This document shows positions 16,987-26,365 of a stretch of DNA of 58,442 bases, in pieces. Numbering within the stretch: the stretch's first letter is position 1; the number at the start of each line of letters is the position of its first letter. Under the pieces are notes generated by a model. It ran no database searches and was not told the DNA's origin. It saw nothing but the letters and a program-made list of their open reading frames with translations. The stretch spans positions 1 through 58,442 of the forward strand of contig JAEDLI010000001.1 of NCBI GenBank assembly GCA_016295375.1, in the 5' to 3' direction. The stretch is from Fibrobacter sp. (lineage in GTDB: Bacteria > Fibrobacterota > Fibrobacteria > Fibrobacterales > Fibrobacteraceae). A program made the position numbers and the translations under genes.

Positions 16987-17976
16987 TTATTTTTTCTTGT
17001 AATAGACGAGGCCTAGGGTTCCACTAGTGGTGCTGGATGTCATGTTTTGGGTAACTCTCATGGGATAGCTGCCCGCCGGGGTTTTAACGATATACCACAA
17101 GGTTCCCTTGTCCATTTCCATTTTTTCTGTGGCTGTTCTCTCGTCGCTTTCCATGTCTTCCATGCAGACAGGATCCTTGGGGTCAATTCCTGCAGTGAGA
17201 ACACCGCCTTCTTCAGAAATTGTTACGCCTGCAGCTGCTTGCAGATACACGATCTCGTTTTCCACCACCAACGTGAGCTGGGCTTCCGTGCCACCATCCA
17301 AGTTCATGTAATTGATATCGCTACCTACATCGTTCTTAAGTGTTATTTCTTGACGTGCGAGTTCAGTACAGGTCTTGGGCCCTTCACTAGACGAAGACCC
17401 TATAGCCTTGCATTCCAATTCAAAATCGGAGGATTTGAGGGCAGTATAGTGAAGATTGGGGTCTTCTTCAACGCTCATATATGCCCATACATACAGTACG
17501 AACTTACCGCATCCGATTTTATCTTGGTTGAGCGGAACTTTGCTGAATGACGCTGCCATAGAAATCTTGTCGGTCGGGAAATCGACGTTTCCGTCAATGT
17601 TAAGGCTGTCGACAAGGTAGGTCTTTCCGTCGTCACCATATTTTCCAACGATAAACGAGAGACTGTCAAATGTGAACCAGAAATCCTCATCTGCGTCGTG
17701 ACCTTCAGGTATGAAGTCGTAGTCAAAACTCAATGATCCGCTCAGATTGAGTTCCCATCCACCTTTGCCATCTGCAAGAACCTTGGTCATGATAGATGAT
17801 GCTGAATTTATGGGTGAGGTTTCCGAGGCCGAAGAGAGGATGATTTCTTGGGCGGAGGAGGTTCCATCGCCTTCATCTGCACTAGAACTGCTGTCGCCAC
17901 CGCAAGCGGTGAGAGCAGCGGAGCCCAGCGCGAAAACGGAACACGCAAGAATGGATTTTACGAATTGGAATTTCAT
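16987..17976 (-). CDS. Hypothetical lipoprotein
   Basis: MKFQFVKSILACSVFALGSAALTA-C GGDSSSS lipobox; GAGGA RBS. Confidence 0.8.
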   Translation of the reverse strand: MKFQFVKSILACSVFALGSAALTACGGDSSSSADEGDGTSSAQEIILSSASETSPINSASSIMTKVLADGKGGWELNLSGSLSFDYDFIPEGHDADEDFWFTFDSLSFIVGKYGDDGKTYLVDSLNIDGNVDFPTDKISMAASFSKVPLNQDKIGCGKFVLYVWAYMSVEEDPNLHYTALKSSDFELECKAIGSSSSEGPKTCTELARQEITLKNDVGSDINYMNLDGGTEAQLTLVVENEIVYLQAAAGVTISEEGGVLTAGIDPKDPVCMEDMESDERTATEKMEMDKGTLWYIVKTPAGSYPMRVTQNMTSSTTSGTLGLVYYKKK

Positions 17977-18209
17977 GATGTTTTCCTCATAAAAAGTTTT
18001 CTGCCTTTGAAAATAAACAAAAATGGACGAAAAAGCAAACGAAAAAGCGAAAAATTCTAGAAAAACGCCTTGTTTTGGGCGTTCCCCGCCCCAAAGTAAA
18101 GAACAATTCATCACGAAGGGCGGGTCGGGCCATACTCGTCAGGGCTTCCAGCCCTGCCTCACCGAGCCCGTCCGTTGTCCGGTCTCGTCCCCTTACGGGG
18201 TCACTGTCC

Positions 18210-20402
18210 CTAACGCATATTTCGGATAATGTCCCGCAGACGCGCCGCTTCCTCGAAGTCGAGGCGCGCGGCGGCTTCCTTCATTTGCCGTTCCAGGTCT
18301 TCCAGCGAACTTGTCATCCCCGCGGAGGCGGGGATCTCCTTTCTTACATCGTGCCTCGAGCCTTTCTCTCGTCTAAACTTGGAGGGCTGCAGCGGTTCCA
18401 TCGGACGAATGCCGAGATTAGTTCCAAGTTCTGAGTTACTAGTTACTAGTTCGTCATCGTCAATGTCGACACCGTCGATTCCAAGGGGATCCGCGATTCT
18501 CAGGTCGTCTTCCAGCTTGCGGGTCACGGACTTCGGCGTGATGCCGTGTTCCTTGTTGAATTCTTCCTGCACGGCCCTGCGGCGGGCGGTTTCGGTGACG
18601 GCCTTTTCCAGACTGTCGGTCATGTTGTCTGCAAAGAGCAAGACTGTACCGTTCACGTTACGGCTCGCGCGTCCCATGGTCTGGATGAGGCTCCTGTAGT
18701 TGCGCAGGAACCCTTCCTTGTCGGCGTCGAGTATGGCCACCATGCTCACTTCGGGCAGGTCCAGTCCTTCGCGCAGCAGGTTGATGCCCACGAGCACGTC
18801 GAATTCTCCGGTGCGCAAGCCCCGGATTAGTTCGTGACGTTCCAGCGTCTTGATATCGCTGTGCAGGTAACGCGCGCGGATGCCCGCTTCCACAAAAAAG
18901 TCGGTGAGGTCCTGCGCCATCTTCTTGGTGAGGGTCGTCACCAGCACGCGGTCGCCGTTCTTGACGACCTCCTCGATGCGGTACAGGAGCACGTCCATCT
19001 GACCCTTGATGGGGAACATCTCGATTTTCGGGTCCAAAAGTCCGGTGGGCCTGTTAATTTGTTCGGTAACGACACCGCCGGTCTTGGTAAGTTCGTAATC
19101 GCCGGGGGTTGCAGACACGAAAAGCACCTGTTTCGGGTACATGTACTCGAATTCGGCAAAGTTCATCGGGCGGTTGTCCAGCGCGCAGGGGAGGCGGAAC
19201 CCGTACTGCACAAGCGTCGTCTTGCGGGATTTGTCGCCTTCGGCCATGCCGCCCACCTGCGGAATACTCACGTGGGATTCATCCACCATCAAGAGCCAGT
19301 CGTCGCCGAAGTAGTCGATAAGCGTAAACGGGCGCGTACCCGGGGCGCGGTTCTCGATAATGCGGGAGTAATTCTCGATGCCGCTGCACATGCCGGTCTC
19401 GCGAATCATTTCCATGTCGTAGCGGGTGCGGCTGCTGAGGCGCGCCGATTCCAGCACCTTGCCTTCTTTGTCCAGTTCTGCAAGGCGCTCGGTCAGTTCC
19501 ACCTGCATGCGCTGTAAGATTCCCGCGCGGCCTTCTTCTTTCGTCACGAAGTGCTTTGCTGGTGCAATCGTCATCTCGTCCATTTCCTGCGTGACTTCGC
19601 CGGTAATGATGTTGAAGCGCACGAGCCTGTCCACCTCGTCGCCGAACAGTTCGATGCGGAGCCCTTCTTCGTCGTAGCTCGGGTGGATTTCAATCACGTC
19701 GCCGTGCACGCGGAAACTGCCGCGCTCCAGGCTGAAATCGTTTCTCGTGTATTGGATTCGCACCAGGTCGTGGAGAATCTTGTCCCGGTCGTAAACGTCG
19801 CCTTTCTTGATGCGGACCATCAAGTCGAAGTATTCGCTGGGGCTACCCAAACCGTAGATGCAGCTTACGGAGGCCACGATAATCACGTCCCTGCGGGTGA
19901 GCAAGTTAGCGGTGGCGCGCAGGCGGAGCTTGTCAATCTCGTCGTTGATGCTGGCATCCTTCTCGATGAAGGTGTCTGTGTGCGGAATATACGCTTCGGG
20001 CTGGAAATAGTCGTAATAGCTTACGAAGTATTCCACCGCATTGTGCGGGAAGAACGCCTTGAATTCCTGGTAGAGCTGGGCAGCGAGCGTCTTGTTGTGC
20101 GTGAGGATGAGCGTCGGTTTGCCTACGTTCTTGATGACGTTCGCCATGGTGAACGTCTTGCCGGAACCGGTCACGCCAAGCAGCGTCTGGAACTGTTCAC
20201 CGTGCTTGAAACCTTCGGTCAATTCCTCGATGGCCTTCGGCTGGTCGCCCGCCGCACCGTAAGGGCTCACGAGTTCAAAATTTGCGCGGGTCGGCGACTG
20301 GAACTGCTTTAAATGCCCCGGCAAACTCTGCTCGGGCGGTAGCGGTTTCGCTATCGGTTTCGCATACGGGTCAGGTGTAATTGTCTTGCGTGCGCGTGCC
20401 AT
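18210..20402 (-). CDS. uvrB: Excinuclease ABC subunit B
   Basis: GVTGSGKT, HNKTLAAQLY, YFVSYYDYFQPEAY, DESH, GINLLREGLDLPEV and C-terminal UVR domain AAARLDFEEAARLRD. Confidence 0.97.
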   Translation of the reverse strand: MARARKTITPDPYAKPIAKPLPPEQSLPGHLKQFQSPTRANFELVSPYGAAGDQPKAIEELTEGFKHGEQFQTLLGVTGSGKTFTMANVIKNVGKPTLILTHNKTLAAQLYQEFKAFFPHNAVEYFVSYYDYFQPEAYIPHTDTFIEKDASINDEIDKLRLRATANLLTRRDVIIVASVSCIYGLGSPSEYFDLMVRIKKGDVYDRDKILHDLVRIQYTRNDFSLERGSFRVHGDVIEIHPSYDEEGLRIELFGDEVDRLVRFNIITGEVTQEMDEMTIAPAKHFVTKEEGRAGILQRMQVELTERLAELDKEGKVLESARLSSRTRYDMEMIRETGMCSGIENYSRIIENRAPGTRPFTLIDYFGDDWLLMVDESHVSIPQVGGMAEGDKSRKTTLVQYGFRLPCALDNRPMNFAEFEYMYPKQVLFVSATPGDYELTKTGGVVTEQINRPTGLLDPKIEMFPIKGQMDVLLYRIEEVVKNGDRVLVTTLTKKMAQDLTDFFVEAGIRARYLHSDIKTLERHELIRGLRTGEFDVLVGINLLREGLDLPEVSMVAILDADKEGFLRNYRSLIQTMGRASRNVNGTVLLFADNMTDSLEKAVTETARRRAVQEEFNKEHGITPKSVTRKLEDDLRIADPLGIDGVDIDDDELVTSNSELGTNLGIRPMEPLQPSKFRREKGSRHDVRKEIPASAGMTSSLEDLERQMKEAAARLDFEEAARLRDIIRNMR
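18313..18338. repeat. REP-like element in-frame inside uvrB
   Basis: GTCATCCCCGC-GGAG-GCGGGGATCTC, read as EIPASAGMT on the minus strand. Confidence 0.8.
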
Positions 20403-20404
20403 GG

Positions 20405-20487
20405 GATTAGGATCTAGGGGTTAGGATTTAGGGGCTAGTTTCTGGCTTGTATTCACTAGATCCTAGCTCCTACCCCCTATCCCCTAA
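20405..20487. repeat. Inverted heptamer-repeat array
   Basis: TAGGATC/TAGGGGT/TAGGATT arm followed by CTAGATC/CTAGCTC/CTACCCC/CTATCCC arm. Confidence 0.65.
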
Positions 20488-20506
20488 AAAATAGTAAATT
20501 TCCGTT

Positions 20507-20881
20507 ATGGATCACGAGTATAGCATTTCAGGTCGGCTTTGGGTGGATAATGTCGATTCGGTCCTGTTGAACCAGGATTGTCGGGAATACGCCATAGGCG
20601 ATATCGTGTTCCTGCTTTCGCCTGCGGGTGTCAACGAAATTCAAATATCCCTTAGGGATAAATCTATGGCGGTGTCAATTTCTGACGATAAAATTTCCAC
20701 TTGCTGCGCCGATCTTTCCCGTAGGTTTGCGTCCCGTGTCCGTATGGAAAGGCTCCACGAAGAATACGGCAATGCCAACGTGTTCAACGGCGGATCGGAC
20801 TACGAAGTGGTCTGCGCCGACAGCTTGGTCTGTGAATACGATAATGGCAGGGAAATCGCTTTTAGTAAGCAATCTGTGTGA
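20507..20881 (+). CDS. Hypothetical protein
   Basis: 124-aa ATG ORF filling the gap between uvrB and mltG; no recognised motif. Confidence 0.55.
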   Translation: MDHEYSISGRLWVDNVDSVLLNQDCREYAIGDIVFLLSPAGVNEIQISLRDKSMAVSISDDKISTCCADLSRRFASRVRMERLHEEYGNANVFNGGSDYEVVCADSLVCEYDNGREIAFSKQSV

Positions 20882-20890
20882 GTGTAGTCC

Positions 20891-21898
20891 TCACTCTCCT
20901 CTGTTCTTCGCAGCCACGTCCTTGAACTTGTTGTGGTCGGTGAGTGTGCTGCTGAAGAAGTGAGTTCCCGAACCGTCGTCTTTTGCAACAAAGTAAAGTG
21001 CCTTGGTGTCGGCAGGGAACAGCGCCGCCTCTATGGCCTTGCGCCCCGGGTTCGAAATGGGCCCTGGCATCAGGCCCTTGAACTTGCGGGTGTTGTAGGG
21101 ACTGTCGCTGTTGAGCTGGCTCTTGTAGATGGGCCCGGTCAAGTTTCTGAAGATGAACCGCACCGTGGGGTCGGCCCCCAGCGGCATGCCGATTTCAAGC
21201 CTGTTGTGGAAAACGCCTGCAATCAAGAACCGTTCATCGGGCTTGCCGGTTTCTTCTTCTACTACGCTTGCAAGGGTAAGCACCTTGTGCCAGTTGCCGA
21301 GAGTCGCCCACTTGGAGCCAGGCTTGTTTTTCATCTCGTCCCGAAGCTTCAGGTTTGCTGCCACCATCTGTCTGATGATAGTCTCTTCGGTTGCATCGAT
21401 GGCAAAGGGGTAGGTGTCGGGCAGCAGGTAGCCTTCCAAGGAGTTTGCATCTACGCCCAGGGACTGGGCGAACTTCGGGTCCTGGACCAACTTGTTCCAG
21501 CGGTCCTCGTTTAGGTCGGGAAACGCTTTTTTCAGGTAGGCGGGAATTTCCCAGCTTGCCCGACCTTCGGGGATGGTCACCTTGCGAACGGCGTTCTTGC
21601 CACTTGCAAGCAGGGTGAAGATTTGTTCCAGGGTCTGCCGAGGCGGAATCTCGTACCAGCCAGCCTTGAGGTTTGGCTTGTCTATTTTGTTCCGGACCTT
21701 GAATGCCAGTCCGTCCTTCCAGACGCCCTTTTCCTGTAAAATTTGAGATACTTTGGCCGCCGAACTGCCCTTGGGAATCTCCAAAAGCACGGTTTCTTGG
21801 TTATCGGATACCGCATTTATGCGTTTTTTTCCTTGAAAAACGGCAAAAATCGCCAAAATGACCAGCAAAAGCACGGAAATGGTAAAAATCTTCTTCAT
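20891..21898 (-). CDS. mltG: Endolytic transglycosylase MltG (YceG family)
   Basis: N-terminal TM; VTIPEG, LEGYLLPDTY, LASVVEEE, VFHNRL..GMPLGADPT, SPYNT..GLMPGPISNPG and LYFVA motifs. Confidence 0.93.
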   Translation of the reverse strand: MKKIFTISVLLLVILAIFAVFQGKKRINAVSDNQETVLLEIPKGSSAAKVSQILQEKGVWKDGLAFKVRNKIDKPNLKAGWYEIPPRQTLEQIFTLLASGKNAVRKVTIPEGRASWEIPAYLKKAFPDLNEDRWNKLVQDPKFAQSLGVDANSLEGYLLPDTYPFAIDATEETIIRQMVAANLKLRDEMKNKPGSKWATLGNWHKVLTLASVVEEETGKPDERFLIAGVFHNRLEIGMPLGADPTVRFIFRNLTGPIYKSQLNSDSPYNTRKFKGLMPGPISNPGRKAIEAALFPADTKALYFVAKDDGSGTHFFSSTLTDHNKFKDVAAKNRGE

Positions 21899-21996
21899 AT
21901 CGTAAAAATTTAAAAGAAAATCTCCCAATTTGCCAAAATAAAAGGTATATTCCTACTGCATAGTTGTATATTTTACCATGTTTATTGAGGAATAAC

Positions 21997-22434
21997 ATGA
22001 AAAAGGTTTTATTTGTTGCTCTTTCCCTGATGGTGGCCGCTGCTTTTGCTGCGCCGAACAAAGTGAAGTCCAAGCTGGGCGATATTGACTTGACCAAGGA
22101 AAAGGGCGGTGGATCCGTGGTTTGCACCGCAGGCTTTAACGACGAACTCACCATCGTGAAGGACGGTGACACCGAAGTGCTGGTCAAGGGTAACTGCGGC
22201 CAGGGCTGGGTGGCCAAGTCTAAGGTGGAATATGTGGCTCAGGCCGCTGGCGACAAGTCCATGAAGTTGGAAGGCGTGGACGTGGTCGGCTGGCTCGATA
22301 ACCCCAGCGCCGTGTTCGTGTTGGAAAACGACGACATCGACTTCGACGGTGTGAACATCGATCGTGACTTCAAGGAATACCTGCAGCACACGATGGACCG
22401 CGAACAGATGGAAATGCACAACAACGAAAACTAA
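21997..22434 (+). CDS. Secreted protein with SH3-like domain
   Basis: Signal peptide MKKVLFVALSLMVAAAFA; SH3-like GQGWVAKSKV; GAGGA RBS; strongly biased codons. Confidence 0.75.
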   Translation: MKKVLFVALSLMVAAAFAAPNKVKSKLGDIDLTKEKGGGSVVCTAGFNDELTIVKDGDTEVLVKGNCGQGWVAKSKVEYVAQAAGDKSMKLEGVDVVGWLDNPSAVFVLENDDIDFDGVNIDRDFKEYLQHTMDREQMEMHNNEN

Positions 22435-22454
22435 GTTGTCTGTGTAGCACACTT

Positions 22455-22478
22455 GTCATCCTCGCAGAGGCGAGGATT
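22455..22478. repeat. GTCAT-palindrome REP-like element
   Basis: GTCATCCTCGC-AGAG-GCGAGGATT. Confidence 0.75.
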
Positions 22479-22489
22479 CGTCAGAGATA

Positions 22490-22518
22490 ACCCCGGCACT
22501 GCGCTGGGGTGTTTTTTT
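22490..22518 (+). terminator. Intrinsic terminator
   Basis: ACCCCGGC-ACTGC-GCTGGGGT followed by GTTTTTTT. Confidence 0.7.
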
Positions 22519-22672
22519 GTTAAAGAATGTGCTCGATTGTGGTGCCCCAAGACAAGATAGAATGGACGTGTTTACATCAGCAACAGATTGTTACCATAAT
22601 TTGACTTGAATAACGCGGTCTCTGAAATTATTTTTAGACGGTATATATCACAAATCTAGAGATGGGTATTGT

Positions 22673-25600
22673 ATGAAAAGGACATTTTTCCTTCTTCTGG
22701 CCTTGTGCCTTGTTTCCCTTTCCTTCGGGCGCGTGGGCCCGGTAAGCCAGTATGGCCAGCTGATGGCTGGCAAGGCCGGCAGCAAAGGCCAGATTTACGG
22801 CTCCTGTGAGGGCATTAAATCTGGTAAAGAAGTTGCCGTGCAGGGCATGAGCCTTTTCTGGGCCATCTCTAGCGACGTGGGTTCCCCCTTCTGGACATCC
22901 AGCATTGTGAGCGGCCTGGTAGAGAAGCAGAATATCCAGATTATCCGAGCCCCTATGGGTGTAGATGAAAACTGGGGCTCTGGCAACTACTTCAGTGATA
23001 CGAATAAGTACCAGAGTTTGATGAATGCCGTGGTGCAGGCGGCTATCGACAACGACATCTACGTGATTATCGACTACCATAGCCACAAGGCCAGCGACAA
23101 TGTAAACAACGCAAAGACATTCTTCAGTTACATGGCCCAGAAGTGGGGCGGTTACGACAACGTGATTTTCGAAGTGTTCAACGAACCCACCAGCCAGTCC
23201 TGGGGCACTATCAAGACATACGCCGAGTCTGTCATCGAGACTATCCGCCAGTATTCTGACAACCTGGTCCTTGTGGGTAACCCTGATTGGGACCAACATC
23301 CGGATTATGCCATTGGCAATACGGTTCGCGATTCCAAGAACAACGTGGCTTATACATTCCATTTCTATGCGGGTTCCCACTCTGTGGGTGGCGAAGGCGC
23401 GAATGCCGACCGAGCCATGAACGCGGGCCTTTCTGTGTTCGTTTCTGAATGGGGTACGGTGAATGCCGACGGTGGTGGCGGAGTCAGCGGTAATTCCTCC
23501 AGCTGGCTTACCTGGATGAACAACAACAAACTTTCTGGTGCCAATTGGTCCGTTTCCAACAAGAACGAAGGAGCCTCTTACTTTAGCGGAAGTGCCTGGA
23601 ACTATTCCAATAGCGGTCAGTGGGTAAACACCAACATTTTCTCCAAGCTCCCCAAGTCTTATTCGAAGTGCGGAAACGCTCCTTCATCTAGCAACTCCAA
23701 TCCCACGTCTTCGGCGAGCAATCCGAATTCTTCCGCTTCTCAGGGCGGTACCAACAAGCCTTTGCTGGTGGACAATTTTGAAGACGGCAACTACACCTCT
23801 CTTTGGAACAGCCCGTGGGGAATATATAATGATAATGACAAACAGGCAAATTCCACTATCGATACCGCCATGGTTTCTGGAAACGGTTCCTCCAAGGCTG
23901 TCCAGATAACCTATCGTCTGGATAAAGGCACATACGAGTATAGCCCGTTTGTGGGTTTGGTGGTTTCCGCCAATGCCGATGAAACGACCACCGAAGATCT
24001 GTCGGCCTGTACCGCCATCCAGTACGATTACAAGGGTGGCGCCCACGACTTTAGGGTGGAATCTTCTGTCGATGTGGAATACAACTACCACAAGTCGGCG
24101 GCCCAGTCCAGCAATGGCTGGAAAACCCGGACGGTTTACTGGACGGACTTGGCCCAGGAAACAGGCTGGGGAAGAGTGGCTTCTATAGACGATGTCCAGA
24201 AGGCGGTACGGGCCTTCAGCTGGCAAATTCAGGGGACTTCTGGCACCAACGGCACCTTGCAAATAGACAACGTGAAGTGCCTGGGCCTTAAGGAGGCTAG
24301 TTCTTCCAGCGCGGCCCAGTCGTCTTCCAGTGCACAATCTTCTTCTAGCAAGCCCAGCAGTTCGTCTGTGGCTTCTTCCAGCAGCGCCAAGCTGGTGATT
24401 ACCGGAAACTTGACGCAGACGGTGCTTCGTGGAGGCTCTATAAGCCCGGTAATCTTTACGAATATCAATAGCTTCCAGAGAAATTCTCAGAATGTCTACT
24501 ACCTGAATATGACTCGTTCCGGCAATGTACTTACCTTGGACGCAGTTGTCCCCACAAGTGCGAACTTGGGAACCTTCCGTGAAAACTTTACGGTGAACGG
24601 AACGGCCTACACAATGGTGCTGACTGTAAACGACATCTCCAGCAGTTCTGTCCAGAGCTCGTCTTCCGTCAGTTCTTCTTCGCAGACTCCTGCAAGCTCA
24701 GCTGCAGCAAGTTCCGCTTCCGTGAGCAACGATTGGCAGTCCAACACCCAGCTTACGGTCAATACCAATGGTGACGCGGTTATTGGTCAGTCGAATGGAT
24801 GGACTCCCGACCGCGTAGTAACTAAGGGATTGGGCGAGGTTGAAGCCAACAAGTCTTACACCTTGAGTTTTGATGCCTCTATCCAGCAGAACACCATGGA
24901 CATGGCCGTTTTGTTGAATTCCTATTGCAGTGGCATGGTAGAATTGGATGCAAACGAAGGTGCTCAGGCCTATACTTGTACCTTCAAGGCTACCAAGACT
25001 GAAAGCGTGGTACTGACCTTGACCATGCCAGGTTCCCGCTGGGAATCGGTGACTATTTCCAACCTTTCCCTGAAGTTGGCTGATGGTCACGAGGTGCTGT
25101 CCAGTTCTTCTGTAGCTCCTTCTAGTTCATCTGTGGCGATTGTAAAGCACGATGTCAAGTTTGTCGTAAACGGGAAAGTTATCCAGACGATCAAGGTAGC
25201 AGAAGGTGAAATTCCCGAGGCTCCCGCAAGCGTAGAACTGCCCAAGAATGATGCTCAGTACAGTTACAGCTTTGGCGGTTGGACTCCGGAGATTGTCGCC
25301 GTTACAGGCCCGGCCACCTACACGGCCAATATCGTTCAGACAATCAATGCCTACAAGATTACCTTCCTCAATTACGACAATTCGGAATTGTGGTGGGCCG
25401 AAGTGAACTATGGGAAGCTTCCTGTGTATGGCGGACCTGAGCCGACTCGTGAACTTAGTAAGTTCTACCGTTATGAATTCAAGGGCTGGAATCCCGAACT
25501 GAAAAAAGTGGTGGGCAAGGCTTCTTACACTGCCACCTATAACGAAATCCCCTTGAACGAAAGTTCTAGTTCTGCTCAGGTGTCCAGCAGCAGTACCGAA

Positions 25601-26233
25601 ACGAGCAGTTCGTCTGTTACTTCCAGCGCTTCTACCGAAGTCGTTGTCACCGGAAACCTTACGCAAAATGTGGTCAAGGGTGCCGAATTTGAGGCGGTTA
25701 CGTTTACGAATGTGACTTCGTTTACCAAGGAGACGTACTACATTTGGTGGCTTTCTTATGATTACGTGGGCAATACACTCACCATCAGCAATTCTCAGTC
25801 GACACAGTGGCTGCAGGCCGGTGATTGGAACGAAAAGATAAATGTCAACGGGACCACATATGAAATCCAGGTGACCGTGGTGGAGCCGGAATCCTCTGCG
25901 GCCTCTAGCTCTAGTTCCAATGAAACATCTAATTCTAGCACAAGTAGTCCAAGTTCTAGCTCCAGTGCAGTGACTCCGGCCTCCAGTGGTTCTTCGACGA
26001 TGGCCTTGCGCGGGGCTATGAAGTTCCCCGTTTCTGTGGTCGTGAATGGCCGTACACTCCTGATTGAGCGCGGCCAGGCTACTGTTGAGGTGTTCGACCT
26101 TCAAGGCCGTCCGCTAGCTCGCTTCATCCAGGTATCCGGTGCTGTAGAGCTTACAACGTTCAATGCCGGTAGCTATATCCTGCGGGTCAAGTCCGGCACT
26201 CAGGTGCAAAACCGCAAAATCACGCTAAATTAA
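22673..26233 (+). CDS. Secreted GH5 (subfamily 2-like) cellulase with CBM11-like module, Ser linkers, B-repeat-like units and C-terminal sorting-type domain
   Basis: GMSLFW, IRAPMGV, YVIIDYHSH, IFEVFNEP, HFYAGSH, FVSEWGT and NWS motifs; VDNFEDG...LQIDNVKC module; VEVFDLQGR...GSYILRV tail. Confidence 0.92.
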   Translation: MKRTFFLLLALCLVSLSFGRVGPVSQYGQLMAGKAGSKGQIYGSCEGIKSGKEVAVQGMSLFWAISSDVGSPFWTSSIVSGLVEKQNIQIIRAPMGVDENWGSGNYFSDTNKYQSLMNAVVQAAIDNDIYVIIDYHSHKASDNVNNAKTFFSYMAQKWGGYDNVIFEVFNEPTSQSWGTIKTYAESVIETIRQYSDNLVLVGNPDWDQHPDYAIGNTVRDSKNNVAYTFHFYAGSHSVGGEGANADRAMNAGLSVFVSEWGTVNADGGGGVSGNSSSWLTWMNNNKLSGANWSVSNKNEGASYFSGSAWNYSNSGQWVNTNIFSKLPKSYSKCGNAPSSSNSNPTSSASNPNSSASQGGTNKPLLVDNFEDGNYTSLWNSPWGIYNDNDKQANSTIDTAMVSGNGSSKAVQITYRLDKGTYEYSPFVGLVVSANADETTTEDLSACTAIQYDYKGGAHDFRVESSVDVEYNYHKSAAQSSNGWKTRTVYWTDLAQETGWGRVASIDDVQKAVRAFSWQIQGTSGTNGTLQIDNVKCLGLKEASSSSAAQSSSSAQSSSSKPSSSSVASSSSAKLVITGNLTQTVLRGGSISPVIFTNINSFQRNSQNVYYLNMTRSGNVLTLDAVVPTSANLGTFRENFTVNGTAYTMVLTVNDISSSSVQSSSSVSSSSQTPASSAAASSASVSNDWQSNTQLTVNTNGDAVIGQSNGWTPDRVVTKGLGEVEANKSYTLSFDASIQQNTMDMAVLLNSYCSGMVELDANEGAQAYTCTFKATKTESVVLTLTMPGSRWESVTISNLSLKLADGHEVLSSSSVAPSSSSVAIVKHDVKFVVNGKVIQTIKVAEGEIPEAPASVELPKNDAQYSYSFGGWTPEIVAVTGPATYTANIVQTINAYKITFLNYDNSELWWAEVNYGKLPVYGGPEPTRELSKFYRYEFKGWNPELKKVVGKASYTATYNEIPLNESSSSAQVSSSSTETSSSSVTSSASTEVVVTGNLTQNVVKGAEFEAVTFTNVTSFTKETYYIWWLSYDYVGNTLTISNSQSTQWLQAGDWNEKINVNGTTYEIQVTVVEPESSAASSSSSNETSNSSTSSPSSSSSAVTPASSGSSTMALRGAMKFPVSVVVNGRTLLIERGQATVEVFDLQGRPLARFIQVSGAVELTTFNAGSYILRVKSGTQVQNRKITLN

Positions 26234-26365
26234 GCGTTTTTGCCTAAAAGATGTCGTTGCTCCTGGTCCTTGCGACTAGGGGCTTTTACATTTTTTTACA
26301 AGGAAAAAAAGAGTTTTGAAACTATTTTTAATACGAATATACATGGGAAATACACGGGTGTTGTT

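Noticed and set aside
18140..18155. Hammerhead ribozyme (CTGACGA on the minus strand)
   Set aside because: No GAAA after a stem II and no compatible three-stem junction.
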